DNA of 64,000 nucleotides from an uncultured Actinomycetota bacterium (GTDB lineage Bacteria; Actinomycetota; Actinomycetes; Propionibacteriales; DAIQRJ01): NCBI GenBank assembly GCA_963724495.1, contig CAVRUZ010000003.1, positions 12,815 to 76,814 of the forward strand, read 5' to 3'. Shown piece by piece: positions 38,183 to 49,556 of this stretch (position 1 is its first letter; each line of letters starts with the position of its first letter). The notes under the pieces were generated by a model. It saw only the letters and a program-made list of their open reading frames with translations, ran no database searches and was not told where the DNA came from. The position numbers and the translations under genes were made by a program.

Positions 38183-41100
38183 TCACTGGGCCAGCTTCAG
38201 GTGGGTGACGGCGTTCTTCGCATCGAAGGAGTCGGCGAGCAGGTCCCACCTGATCGCGGGCTCTCCCTGCAGCGACCAGTCGCGGAAGTACAGCGCCGGC
38301 AGGAATCGCCCGACGAACGGGATCTTGTCGAGCGTCACCCCACGGAGCCGGGCCAGCGCGAACGCCTCGTCGATCACGTCGAGCAGCCGGTCGGTGGTCC
38401 AGCGTCCGGCGTCCGGGGTCATCGCGAGGAGGATCGCCTGCGCCGGCCTGGAGCCGGGACCGTTGGCGTGCACCGCGAGGCCGGTAGTCGCGACGTCGAC
38501 GAGCGTGGGGTCGGCCTCGGGCTGTGCCGGGTCACCTCGCTCCAGCCGGCGCGGCACCACCTCGTTCCACTCGTCGACGACCAGTCCCGCGATCGCACCG
38601 CCGATGTCGGCACCGGCACCGCCGACGACCTCCGCGACGATGCTGTCGATGGGGACCATCGGCGGCTTGCCGTCGGGGAACGGCAGCCCGACCCAGGTCG
38701 CGTAGGCGGTCGGCGGCGACTGGATCACCCGCAGTGCGGCGGCCGAGCCGTAGGCCTCCCGCACCAGCAGGGCTTCCCCATAGGCAGCGGTCGGCGTGCG
38801 CAGCCTGCCGGCCCGGACCAGCCACGGCCGGATGTCGGTTCCCGGCCGGGCGGTGACACCGCCCGGCCCGACCGCCTCCACCCAGACGTCGCCGGCAGCC
38901 GGTTGCAGCAGCGGGATCGCCACGAACCCGACGCCGAACACCGCGGTGAGCGCCTGCCTGGCCAGTTCCACCACGACTTTCGCGGATGCACCGGGATCCG
39001 CGGCTCTGGCCAGCAGCCGATCGGCTTCGGCCAGCCGCCGGCCCGCCTCGTCGACCAACGCCGCGTCGGCGAGTGCCTGCTCGTCGGTCGTGAGGTCCGG
39101 TCCGGCCGGGTGCGGTGGCCGGATCCCGAAGGCCAGCAGCGCGGCCGTCGGTTCCACGGCATCCCGGGCGCCGAGGAGGGCGGTTCGGGCGGCTGCGGCG
39201 CGGTCGACGATCTCGGCAGCGTCGAGGACGCGGCCCGGATCGTCGGGATCGACGGGGTGTCCGGTGTCGGCGACGTCGAGCGGCCGGCCGCCGGCAACGA
39301 GTCCGCGGAGGAGGCCCGCGATCTCCCATGTGACCGCGAGTGGCGTCAGATCGTCCCCGAGGTCGGGCAGCGCCAGCCGGAGCCGACGGGCCAGCGTGCT
39401 GGTACCGACGTCGTCGGTGTCGGAGTCGAACAGCACGTCGAGGGCGGACAGGCCCGCGTCGGCCAGCGTGCGGCCGTCTCCTTCGGCCAGCCGCAGCAGG
39501 GATGCGTCACCCATGGCCTCCTGCGCCCACGCCTCCAGGCGTGGCTCGGCCGTCGAACGCGCCGATACGGCCCACCCGTTACCGGCCCCAGGAGCCGCGG
39601 GGATCACCACCGCCAGCCGGTGGCTCAGCGTCACGCCGGTCCGGGCTTGCCGTACCACCTCCGGGTCCGGCGGAACGGCCTCGCCCGCTCCCAGCACGTC
39701 GAGCGCAGCGGCAGCGCGAGCCGGGTTGCCGTTGACCAGCTGATGCACGGATTCCGCGAGGAGCAGGTCGGCGACGGCGTCGTGCGTGCGCTCGAGGTCG
39801 GCGATGGCGGCTAGCACGGCTTCCGCCTCGCCCGGACGCGGCGGCACCCAGGCGTCGATGTAGCGCTTGTCGTCGGGCCCAGTCAGTCAGCTTGGCCGTG
39901 ATCGAGGCGGTCGGCAGCTCCATCAGCCGGAGTCCGTCGACCACGTCTGATGCCGCGAGCCCTTCCTCCACCGGCTGTCCGGGCTCGGTGAGCTTCCCCG
40001 CGCGGAGCGGCGCCAGGGTCCGGAGCACGTAGATGAACCGGTCGAGCTCGATCGCACCACCGGACTCGTCGTGCAGCCGCCGCTCCAGCCGATAGCCCAG
40101 CAGTGCGCCGAGGGTCTGGCCGCGGCGCATGCCGTCGAGCAGGGAGAGCGCGTCACGGGTGCGCCCGCTGGACAGGTCGATGTCGAGCGCCTCGCTGTCG
40201 GGGTCGCCTCGACGGTGGGTGAGCCGGCCGCTTCGCAGGACTCCGGCGGTTGCGGCGTGGGTGAGACCGGGGGCGTGCACGAAGCCACCGTCGCCGGGGT
40301 CGTGCAGCACCGGGCGACCGTCGACCAGGCCGCCGTCGACGGCGGGACGGAGCCGGATGTGCTCGATCACGCCGTAGGCACCGAGCAGGCACCCTTCGGG
40401 TTGACGCGACCGGAGGTCTGCCAACCGCCGGGACGCGGCCGAGGTGATCCAGGCGTCGAGCCGGTGGGAGCAGCAGTCGAGGGTCTCGGCCAGCAGCAGC
40501 CGCCGATCGTCTTCGGCGGCGATCGAGGCGATGATCCGCAATGCCTGTTGGAACTCCGCTCGCCTGGCCGCGACCCGGAACAGCTCACCGACCACGCGCA
40601 TCCCGTCGGGCTGCCGGAGCCGATCGAACGACAGCGAGCTCCCCGCCACCTGCTGCAGGGTGGTCGGCGGAGCGAGTGCCGGCAGTGGGTGGCGGTCGGC
40701 CACCGCGCGGTAATCGAGCCGTCCGATGCGATCGTCGATGTGGCGCGCGGCGTCGAGGAGCAGCCCGTCGTCGAATCGCTCCTCCTGCACGGCCTCGAGG
40801 CCGGCGACCACCATCTCGCGGTCCACGTCGGTGACCGTCTCGATGACAGCCGACCGCAGCAGGTCGCCACGGATCTCCGGATCGACGGTCCCGTCCAGGC
40901 TGTGACGGCTCACCGCGTCGGCGTGCGCGAGCAGCACCTGGAGCACGCTCTCCTGTGCAGCGGGACGAGGTGTCTGCTCGAGCAGGTTCTCGATGAACAC
41001 CACGTCGGACGGTGCGACCAGGGGGAGCGCGAGCGTGCGGGTCGCCTTGCCGGTCAGCAGATTGTTCTCCAGCGCCTCGTTGCCCACTCCGGCGACGATG

Positions 41101-42644
41101 GCGGCCGCGGCCGAGATGGCCTGCTGGCCGGGCGCATCCGAGGACAGCCCCTCGATCTGCCCGATCAGCGTGCTCATCACCGGGACCGGCGAGAGCGCGG
41201 TGCGCACCCGGAGTCCGCGGAGGACGGCGTCGGTGCCGAGGATCTTCGGGATCGCCTCGTCGAGCGGCTGGTTCATCACCGTGGGCACCGAGGCCGCGGC
41301 GTCCTCCCACAGGAACCGATGGGCCGTCACGTACGGCACGATCTTGGTCTCGGCGCGGTCACCCCGCACCGGCTTGTAGTCCGATCCGGTGGACATGAGC
41401 GGCAGCAGTCCGTACGGCTGGCGGCCAAGGCGCAGCGCCGGCAGCGGCCCGCGGCCGCGGACGTGGCCGACCCAGTGGTCGTGGATCGCGTCGAGCATCC
41501 GCGACTCGAGCCGCTTGTCGCCGTTGGCACGACCCTCGGGCGTGAGCATCTCGATCGCGTCGGCCCAGGTCGTCTCCCACAACGCCTCGTTGAACGCTCC
41601 GGCCCGGGCCTGTTCGCTGTCGCCGGCATGGGTGAGCGTGCCGATCACGCCAGTGCCGAGTCCGAGTGCCGATGCCGTGACCGCGGCGTTGGCACCGGTC
41701 GGCAGGGAAGGCGGGTCCAGGGCCGGTGCGCCCGGCGGCGTGCGCCGGCTCCACGCGGCTCGCACCGAGTCGGTGTTGTTGGTCGGCGTGCCCTGCGGCA
41801 CGAACTCCGCGCCGTCGTCGAAGCGATGGGCCCACAGCAGTTGCTCCAGCTGACTGGCGCTCTGCTTGGGGTCGAGGCCCGCCCGCACGCCGTAGACCAC
41901 CACCCGGTCGATGTCCTGCTCGGGGACTTCGAGGGGGACGGTGACCGCGAGGCCGAGCTCGACCGCCTCCTTGTAGTCGACCAGCCAGCGCAGGGTGACG
42001 TCGAGTGGTGGCAGGTCGTCGTCATCGAGGGCGAGAGCGTCGAGCTTCGTGACATCGGTGAGGCCGACGGGGACCTCGTCCGGGATGGCTCGCGTGAGCC
42101 GCGTCACCGGCTCGGCACCGTCCTGCTCCACCCGCACGCAGAACCGGTCGGGCAGGGTCCGCGCGGTGCTCGGGCCACCCGACTTCGAGGCCGGGGCGGG
42201 AAACGTCGGCTCGCCGGCCGGGCGATCGGACAGGTTCACCGGGCGCAGCGCCTCGGCCACCCACGCCGCCCGGCGGCTGCCCACGGCGGTCTGCAGTCCG
42301 GGCCACGGACCGGCCGGGTCTCCGGAGGTCCAGACCGACTGCCAGTACGCCTGCCCGGCGGCAACCTCCTCCTCGCTGAGCCCCTCGTCCAGCGACTCGA
42401 CGTGCACGGTGTCGGGGAAGATCCGCACCTGCAGCGATGCCAGGTCGGGCGTGGTCCGCACCTCGATCCGCACCGGCAGGAGGATCAGCGGCACGTCACC
42501 CTCGAGGTCGATCTCGCCACCGAGGACCCGGTCGAACAACGCGTTGCGCTCGTCGCGGACAGCCAGGTCGAGCACGCCCGACCGCACGTCGACGCCCTGG
42601 CGCAGCTGGGTCAAGCCCTGCCGCAGTTCGGTGAGGTCCGCCAT
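38183..42644 (-). CDS. Operon gene C: uncharacterised protein, about 1486 aa (frameshift near 39881)
   Basis: Starts MADLTELRQG at a TGATG overlap with gene B. Motifs LLPVRIE, QGTPTNNT, GRQPYGLLP, SHRLDAWITS and LGYRLERRLH, then ORF 38183..39847 (DLLLAESVHQ, VDEWNEVVP, QAILLA). Confidence 0.85.
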
Positions 42645-45600
42645 CAGCGCTGCACCGCCCCGTCGAGCATCTTGGTCGCCTTGAACGCGGCCCGGGCGGG
42701 CAGCTGGAACAGCAGGGCAGCCACTTCCGCACTGGAGGCTCCCCACCGGGAGGCGTCGCCCGTTGCCGCGTCGGTGAACTGGATCGGCCTGGCCGCCGAC
42801 GCGTCGAGGAACCCACCTTCTGCCACAACGAAGTCGTCCCACACGAGGTCGTCGCGAGAGGGTGGCGGACCGGGTGGCGGGCTGTTCTGCCGGGACACGT
42901 CGAGGCCGAAGCGCGGTTCGGTCGGGTTCTCCGAGAGGGTGAACCACCAGGTCGCCGCCGGGTTGCGGATCTCCGCCTCGGTGAGGGCGAAGCCCACCAG
43001 CAGGATGTTCGGCGCGAGCTGGATGTGGAACAGCGTCTTCTTCGGCGAGGTGGCACTGCCCGGCTCGAACAGCGGGATGCCGCGGTCGGACAGCAGCCCA
43101 CCCGCGTCCTGTGCCTGCCGGACCGCGTGTGCCACCACTCCCGGGTAGCGGCGGATGAGGTCGCCGCGAACGAGGAACACGATCTGCCCGTCGAGCGCCG
43201 GGTCCATGTGCGTCCGAAGTCCGCCGCTGCGCCAGGGCAGTTCGTGCATGTCGGCCACGAGTTCTGGCGCACCGGTCCAGAACGAGGAGAAGTAGGTGCC
43301 GCGCTGGTCGGTCGGGTACTCGCGCCACAGCAGTTCGCGCGCCATCTCGTGGTTGAGCCCCACCAGGAAGGCCTCGACGAACCTGCTGTTGGTCTCCAGC
43401 AACGTCGCCATGTCGGGCTTCTTGATCAGGCCGAGGCCAGGGATCAGCCAGTCGCGGTCGTAGCGGTCGAGCGCCTCGTACATCGGGTGCGGGAACCGGG
43501 GGCATGCCATCACCGGCTCGATCCGCAGGTTGTCGAACCAGTCCGGCCGCAGCCATGACGGGTAGCGGCCGGTGCCGCCGGTGAGACGCGCCGAGACCCG
43601 ATGCGGAACGGTGACGGCCGGGTTCAGCTTCGTGACGAGTTCCAGTGCCGGCACGTCGATTCGGGCACGGTCGATGTCGCCGAAGCCGTCGGTGCGGATC
43701 AGTCGATCGGCGACCCGCTTCAGGCCGATCGGCAGGTCCTCGATGCTGCGCTCCATCACCTCGAGCAGCCGTTCCTGGAGCGCGCTGGCGTCGTCGGCGA
43801 GATCCTCGAAACGCACCGAGTCGTCGGCCCGCCGTGCCAGCTGGAGCATCCGCTCGCACCAGTCGTTCAGGCCGTCGGCCGAGACCACCACGGTGTTCTC
43901 GCGCTCGCCGCGGCCGTCGATCGGCAGGTCGAGCCGAACCGCGAGTTCCTCCGGCAGCTCGTACTGCCCGACGTTGTGTGAGAGACCCGCCCGCACCAGC
44001 CGCTGCACGGTGAATGCTCCGGCCGCGACCGCGGTGGCGTGCGACCTGTCCTCGTCGAGATCGCGTTCGGACGGCATCGACTGCAGCGTCCGCTCGACCG
44101 ACGTGGCCGCGATCTGGGCACCGGGCCGTTGGGCCGCGAAGTCGATGTGGTCGATCAGCTCGGCAGTCAGCACCTGCTCTGCTCCTGGCTCGGCCAGCTG
44201 CGCGGCCCACAGCTCCGCGGCCTCTGCCGGACTGCTGCCGGGCGCGATCCGGTCGGCGATCTCCTGGGTGATGCGGCTGCGGGCAGCGGCACTCAGACCG
44301 GCGATCCCGTCGGGCTGGGCGTACGGCAGCACCCAGTCCGCCGTCAGCCGGTCCGGCCGCACCACCAACGCGTCGACAGGCGTCTCGGCCCCAGCGGCCG
44401 TGACGTGCGGCGTGCACCACCGGCCCGCGCAGCCGGAGCAGCCGGCGGAACGCTCCGGTGGTCGTCGAGACCGGGAGCGTGCTGCGGTCGAGGCTCGCCC
44501 AGATGCTGACCGCCGGCGCGTCGAGCACCTTGGCATGCACGCGCTCGGTCGCCGACAGCACGGCGGCATCGGAGAATCGCGCGAGGTGGCGGCGGTGCAG
44601 TGCCGCAGCGACATGCTTGGCCAGTTGGGCGAGTCGCAGTTGACGATTCGCCTCCTCCACGCCGATGACCTGGTTCCAGGCGGAGGCCATCAGGTCTTCC
44701 TGGTCGTTCTGGACAACGCGGGTGCCGAGGCCGCCGACCACCCGGTCGCGCGGGTCGAGGTTGAGCTCCCGGAACCACTCCGGCTGGGCCGCGGCCGCAC
44801 CGGCCTCGGTCTCCACCCGAGGCTGGCGGGCATGCGTCGACCCGTAGAGCGGTGGACCGACAAGCGGCGGGCCGGGGTTCTCGACGTGCGCCTGCTCGTC
44901 GGCCCGGTTGAGGGTGGCGGTGAGTTCGTCGGTGACCGCCTGGTCCCACACCTGTTGCGCGGGCGTCGGCCACTGCTCCTGGGGTGAGTCCTGCGGGTCC
45001 TGCGGCGACACGATCGGTCCCTGAACCACCATTTCGGCGCCGGGGTCATCGGCGGCGAGCTGGGTGTCCGGCCACGGATGGGTGGTGTCGACCCGGCGGC
45101 GTCCGACGCCGGGCGGCGCAACGGCGGGTTTCACCTTGCGGGCAAGGCTTTCGAAGTCGCCCTCGTCGCCCGTGGCGAAGCGCCACGAGTAGTACACCGG
45201 GAGGTCCACCATCGCGTTGGGATCGCCGTCGGCGAAGTTGCCGGCGACGGTCCCCCAGCTGGGCTGAAGCGTCGTGTCGGCGGTGATGCCGAGGCCGGTG
45301 TTCCTGCCGGCGGAGAACGTCGGCACCACGCACGCGACGTAGGCCCGGTTGGGAGCGAGCCGTCGTGGGCACACCAACCTGGACAGGTTGAACGGCGCGT
45401 TCTGGCCGCTGAGCCGGCGCTCGAGCGTCGGCTCCGCGGCGGCGTCGGCGTTCTTGGTCCCCATCACCTGCGCGTGCGCCCATGCCCAGGCGTCGCGAAG
45501 CGGCTGGAGCTGGTCCCGACGGATCGCCGCGACCTGGACGGTGCCGCGACGTGGTCCCCACCTCACGGTGCCGGCCTCGGCCACCACCAGCGAGATCCAC

Positions 45601-46025
45601 GGCACCAGCCGCCCCGCCACCGGCCCGGTCGGGGTGAACAGCCACGGCAGCTCCGGCCGGTCGAACTCCACCTGGACGAGGTCGGTGACCTCACTGTCGT
45701 GCGCGTCGGCCTTGGGCCAGGTGCGGATCACCTGCCGGGTGTCGAGTTCGGTCACGCTGCCGGGCCCGTACACGTGCACGGTCATCTCGGCGTCGAGCGC
45801 GCCGCGGTCATCGGTCACGGGGACCGACATCTGCACCGACGCCTCCGCGGGTGCCCCCCACGCGAACGGCACGTTGAGGGCAGCGGCGATCCCGGATCGC
45901 GCGTGCGGCAGGAAGACGTAGCGGTTGAGTACCGCGGTCTCGGGGGCGATCGGTTCACGGAAGCGGGCCACGACGTCGCGGTCGTAGAAGGCCGCACCGG
46001 CCATCGACGCCAGCGTGCCGGCCAT
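42644..46025 (-). CDS. Operon gene B: uncharacterised protein, about 1126 aa (frameshift near 44406)
   Basis: Starts at a TGATG overlap with gene A. Motifs VEFDRPELPWLFTP, AWAWAHAQV, SRLVCPRRL and LPVYYSWRFATG..GDFESLA, then ORF 42644..44614 (GLNHEMARELLWREYPTDQRGTYF). Confidence 0.85.
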
Positions 46026-48800
46026 CAGCCGACCCCCCATCGGGTGAGCTGCAGGTCGTCACCGAGCGGGATCTCCGCGGCCTGCGTGTAGGTCATGGGT
46101 CCGCCCGCAACCGCAGCGCCGAGCGTGACCTTCGACCGCACGACACTCTCGCCCGCATCAGCGAGCGTGATCGGGTCGGGGTCGGTGGAGTAGCGCGTCC
46201 GCGCCCGCAGCTGCGAGCGGCCGGCAGCTCCGGCGGCCAGCGTCGTGGCCGCTGCGAAGGCGAAGAAGTCGTCCAGGGTGGCAACCGAACGCAGCCTGAA
46301 GAGCGAGTCGTCATCAGCGACGAACGTCTCGTAGCGCAGTTCCACCTGGCGGGCGGCCGCATGCTCGGCCGACTCGCCTGGCGGTCGCAGCCGTGCCCCG
46401 GCAGGCATCTGTTCGAAGCTCGGCCGCGAGAGCTTCTGGTCGTCGGTCAGGTCGAGGAAGTTGCCGGCCGAGAACAGGTCCGTGACCTGGCTGACCGCGC
46501 CCGCCGGGGTGTTGTTCGCCTTGGGCACGCCGAAGAAGACCCGTCGTTGGCCCTCGGGCACGGGATTGGCGCCGACCCGGACGATCACGGTCTCCAGTGG
46601 CACGGCGTGCTGGCGTACGTCGAACAGGCCGAGCGGGTGCACGGTGACCTCGGTGTCGCTCGGCATGGCCGGCAGCAGCCGCACCACCTCGTCGGCCTCG
46701 GGTGGAGTGAGCGCCTGCCAGGAGCCGGGGTTGTGGTGCAGCGCCGCATGGACGAGCCGGCGCGGGTCGGCGGGATCGGGCGGCGGGTTGTCGTCGTCTC
46801 CCCAGGTGTAGGGACCGACGTCGATCGGCACCGTCCACCACAGGATCTCCACCTCGGCGGTGCCCTGCGCCCGCCACGGCGCCGGGCCCTCCAGGTGCAG
46901 GCTGATCGTGACGCCGCACAGCGTGACGCCCAGGGCCCGCACGGTGAGTCCGATGCCGAGATCGATCATGAACATGAACCGCGGCGCGAACACCACGAGC
47001 GCATCGAACTGGAAGTGGCCGGTGATCGACGCCACCGCGAGGTCGGCGCCCATGTCCACGCGAGCGCCGAGCTGGACGCTGTTGGAGGTCAGGGCGAAGT
47101 AGGCCTCCGCACGAAGCGTCAGGATCGCCGGGGGAGAGAGGTCCATCCCCAGCCGCTGCATGCCCGTGAGTTCCTTCGGCGGCTGGAACCGCGGGTGGAA
47201 TCCGCCTGCGGAGATGGCGAATTCGGCTCCGCCGCCCCACTTCAGCAGCATCCCGATGTCGCCGGTCACGGAGAATCCGGCGATCCGGGATCCGCGCAGG
47301 CTCACCAGGATCAGCAGGTGGTCAGGCGTGATCTCGCCGTAGAGCGTCGCCCGGAGGTCGACGATCGGCAGCTCCGGCGCAGGAATCCCGATGATGATCC
47401 GGCCGAGGATGACGATCTTCGGGTCCGGCAGGCTGATGATCACGCCGAGCTGCGCGCGCAGGAAGCTGATCGGACGGCCCCAGCCGACCTCGACCATCGG
47501 CCCGATGACGATCGAGCCCTGCTCCACCGGGAAGACCTTCTCGAGCGTGGTGAGGATCGTCGGCGCCGCCGCCACCGGATCCTCGGGGAAGAGCAAGTGG
47601 TCGATCGCGCCATCGGCGATCCCAGCCCGGAGGGCGTCGGTGTCCATCCGGTGCTCGATGCCGAGGATCCCGCCGACTGCGTTGAGCGTGAACCCGAAGC
47701 TCAAGTCGATTGCCGGGGTGAACTCGACCGACATCACCACGACCAGCGCGAAGCCAGGTCGCAGCGTGAGCAGCCCGACCGCCTTCACCTCCACCGGGCC
47801 CGAGCCGCAGTTGCAGGGCTCCGCCGTATCCGCCTGTTCGCTCGCCGAGGAAGCCGCCTCCACGCACGATGCCCGCGTCGACCGCCAGCCCGATGCCGGT
47901 CGGACCCTTGACCGCTACGGCGAGGGGGTTGTTACCCGCGGCCACCGCGTCGGGGTCGATGTGCACGTGCAGCCCGGCGTTCTCGACCGTCCCCTTGACC
48001 ACGCCGCCGAGGTCGACGGCGAAGGTGGCTCCGATGTCGTAGGTGTCCGGTGTGGCGGGGATCTCCAGCGTCAGCTCGCGGATGTCCAGCGGGCCGATCT
48101 TCGGCGCGGCCGGCAGCACGACCCTCGGGCTCGCGCTGCCCGACAGCGTCAGGCCGTTCGTCGAATCGACTCCGAGCAGCACGTCGGACTGCACGGACCC
48201 GGCTGCACCTCCGAGCAGTGAGGCGATGTCGCCACCACCCACGCCGGTCTCGATGCCGTTCAGGGCAAGGCTGATCGACAACAACGGCGCGACTCCGTCG
48301 ATCCGAAGCCTGGCGGTCAGTGCGCCGCCGTCGTAGCCCAGGGTCAGCGGTGCCGGGGCGATCGAGCGGCTGGGCACCGTCAGGGTGTAGGTCAGCGCAC
48401 CCGACGCCAGGGTCAGGCCAGGGACGGCAGCCGGCAGCCCCAACTGCGCCGCCAGCCCTTTCGGCGCGACGGCGGCCCAGCCGATCTCGTCGAGCAGCAG
48501 CGTGACGATCGACTGCCCGGCGACGACCTGAGCCGCAGCGTCAAGGTGGCCGACGAATGCGCCCAGACTGCCTGCTGCTGCGGGGATGTTGGCGCCGTCG
48601 ACAGCCGCGCCGGCCGCTTGGAGATCGGCCTTGGCCGCCGTGAGGTTGGTGGCGACCGTGCCGGCTCCGTCCTCGAAGTCGTTGACTCCAAGGGCTTGCG
48701 CGAAGGCCGCGGCATCGTCGAGCAGTGGGCCACTGAGTTCCGCGAACCGGCTGCGGGCGTAGCCGAGCGCCGTGATCAGGAGCTCGTCGCCCAGACTCAT
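46025..48800 (-). CDS. Operon gene A: DUF6603-like beta-rich protein, about 924 aa (frameshift near 47794)
   Basis: ATG 48800 with AAGGGA RBS. Motifs GGGFL, LSFGFTLNAVGGILG, SAGGFHPRF, YFALTSNSVQLG and LEGPAPWRAQG match my recollection of DUF6603 proteins (not searched). Confidence 0.8.
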
Positions 48801-49070
48801 CGGGTCCCTTCCACAACCGGCAACGACATCGTCAAGCCCGGCGAGCAGTCGACGTCGGAGTTGATCGAGGCGGACAGCGCGAGGGCCCTGGGGACGCGGT
48901 GCTGTGGGTGCGGATGGGCGGCGCCGTCCAGCGAGGATCATGCACCGGAACGGCCGTCGGCGCGAGGGATTGGCGACGGCGAATTGTGGAGCGGCCGTTA
49001 CCGCCCAGTAGGTGAATGCACCACGGGGTTGAACATGCGTCGCCGCATCCCGATCGGTCGCGTGTTCGGG

Positions 49071-49502
49071 CTACTCCTCGACGACGCGCTTCAGTCCGTC
49101 CAGGATCGGCGCCCAGCCCTTGGCGACCATCTCGTCGGCCGCCTCCTGCGAGGGGTTGTTGTCCTGCGTCAGCGTCACCTGCGTGTTCCCGTCCACCTCG
49201 GCGAGCTCATAGGTGACGGTCTTGTAGTACTCCGGCTCGTCCGGGTCGCCGGTCATGCTGCTCCAGTACGTGTGCTGCAAGCGGGCGCCCGGCTCGAAGG
49301 CCAGGACCTCGCCCTTGTCCTGGTAGGACGTTCCGCCCATCTCACCCGTCCAGGTGATCGGGCCGCCCACCTCCCAATCGCTCTCGACCGTGGTGCCGTG
49401 GAAGTACGTGGTGATCACTGCTGGATCGGTGAGCGCCTTCCACACCTCGGCCGGCGGTGCAGCGATGGTCGCGTGGGCAACGGCGGTGAACGAACCAGGC
49501 AT
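49071..49502 (-). CDS. SRPBCC/AHSA1 family protein
   Basis: IAAPPAEVWKALTDP...ESDWEVGGPITW...YQDKGEVL...W..ILDGLK motif. Confidence 0.9.
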   Translation of the reverse strand: MPGSFTAVAHATIAAPPAEVWKALTDPAVITTYFHGTTVESDWEVGGPITWTGEMGGTSYQDKGEVLAFEPGARLQHTYWSSMTGDPDEPEYYKTVTYELAEVDGNTQVTLTQDNNPSQEAADEMVAKGWAPILDGLKRVVEE

Positions 49503-49556
49503 GGCAGGTCCCTTCTCGGTGCGAAGCGTCGAGGGTAGCGCTCGCACGTGGCCCCG

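Noticed and set aside
40071-43148. Long plus-strand ORFs (1025 aa and similar) antisense to real genes
   Set aside because: These are shadow ORFs typical of high-GC DNA, with no motifs and mirror-image codon bias.
39579-46040. 2153-aa giant ORF in the track
   Set aside because: It is a chimera: the N-half of gene B, about 590 codons of off-frame Arg/Gly/Pro-rich sequence and most of gene C, joined by frameshifts at about 44406 and 39881.
36399-48800. Programmed frameshifting or pseudogenisation, since each operon gene has exactly one frame break
   Set aside because: The break density is similar to that in core genes elsewhere in the window, and no shared slippery motif or nonsense decay is seen.
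48982-49002. aattgtggagcggccgttacc resembles the lac operator, upstream of operon gene A
   Set aside because: Only the left half is similar, it is not palindromic and there is no vector context, so it is probably chance.
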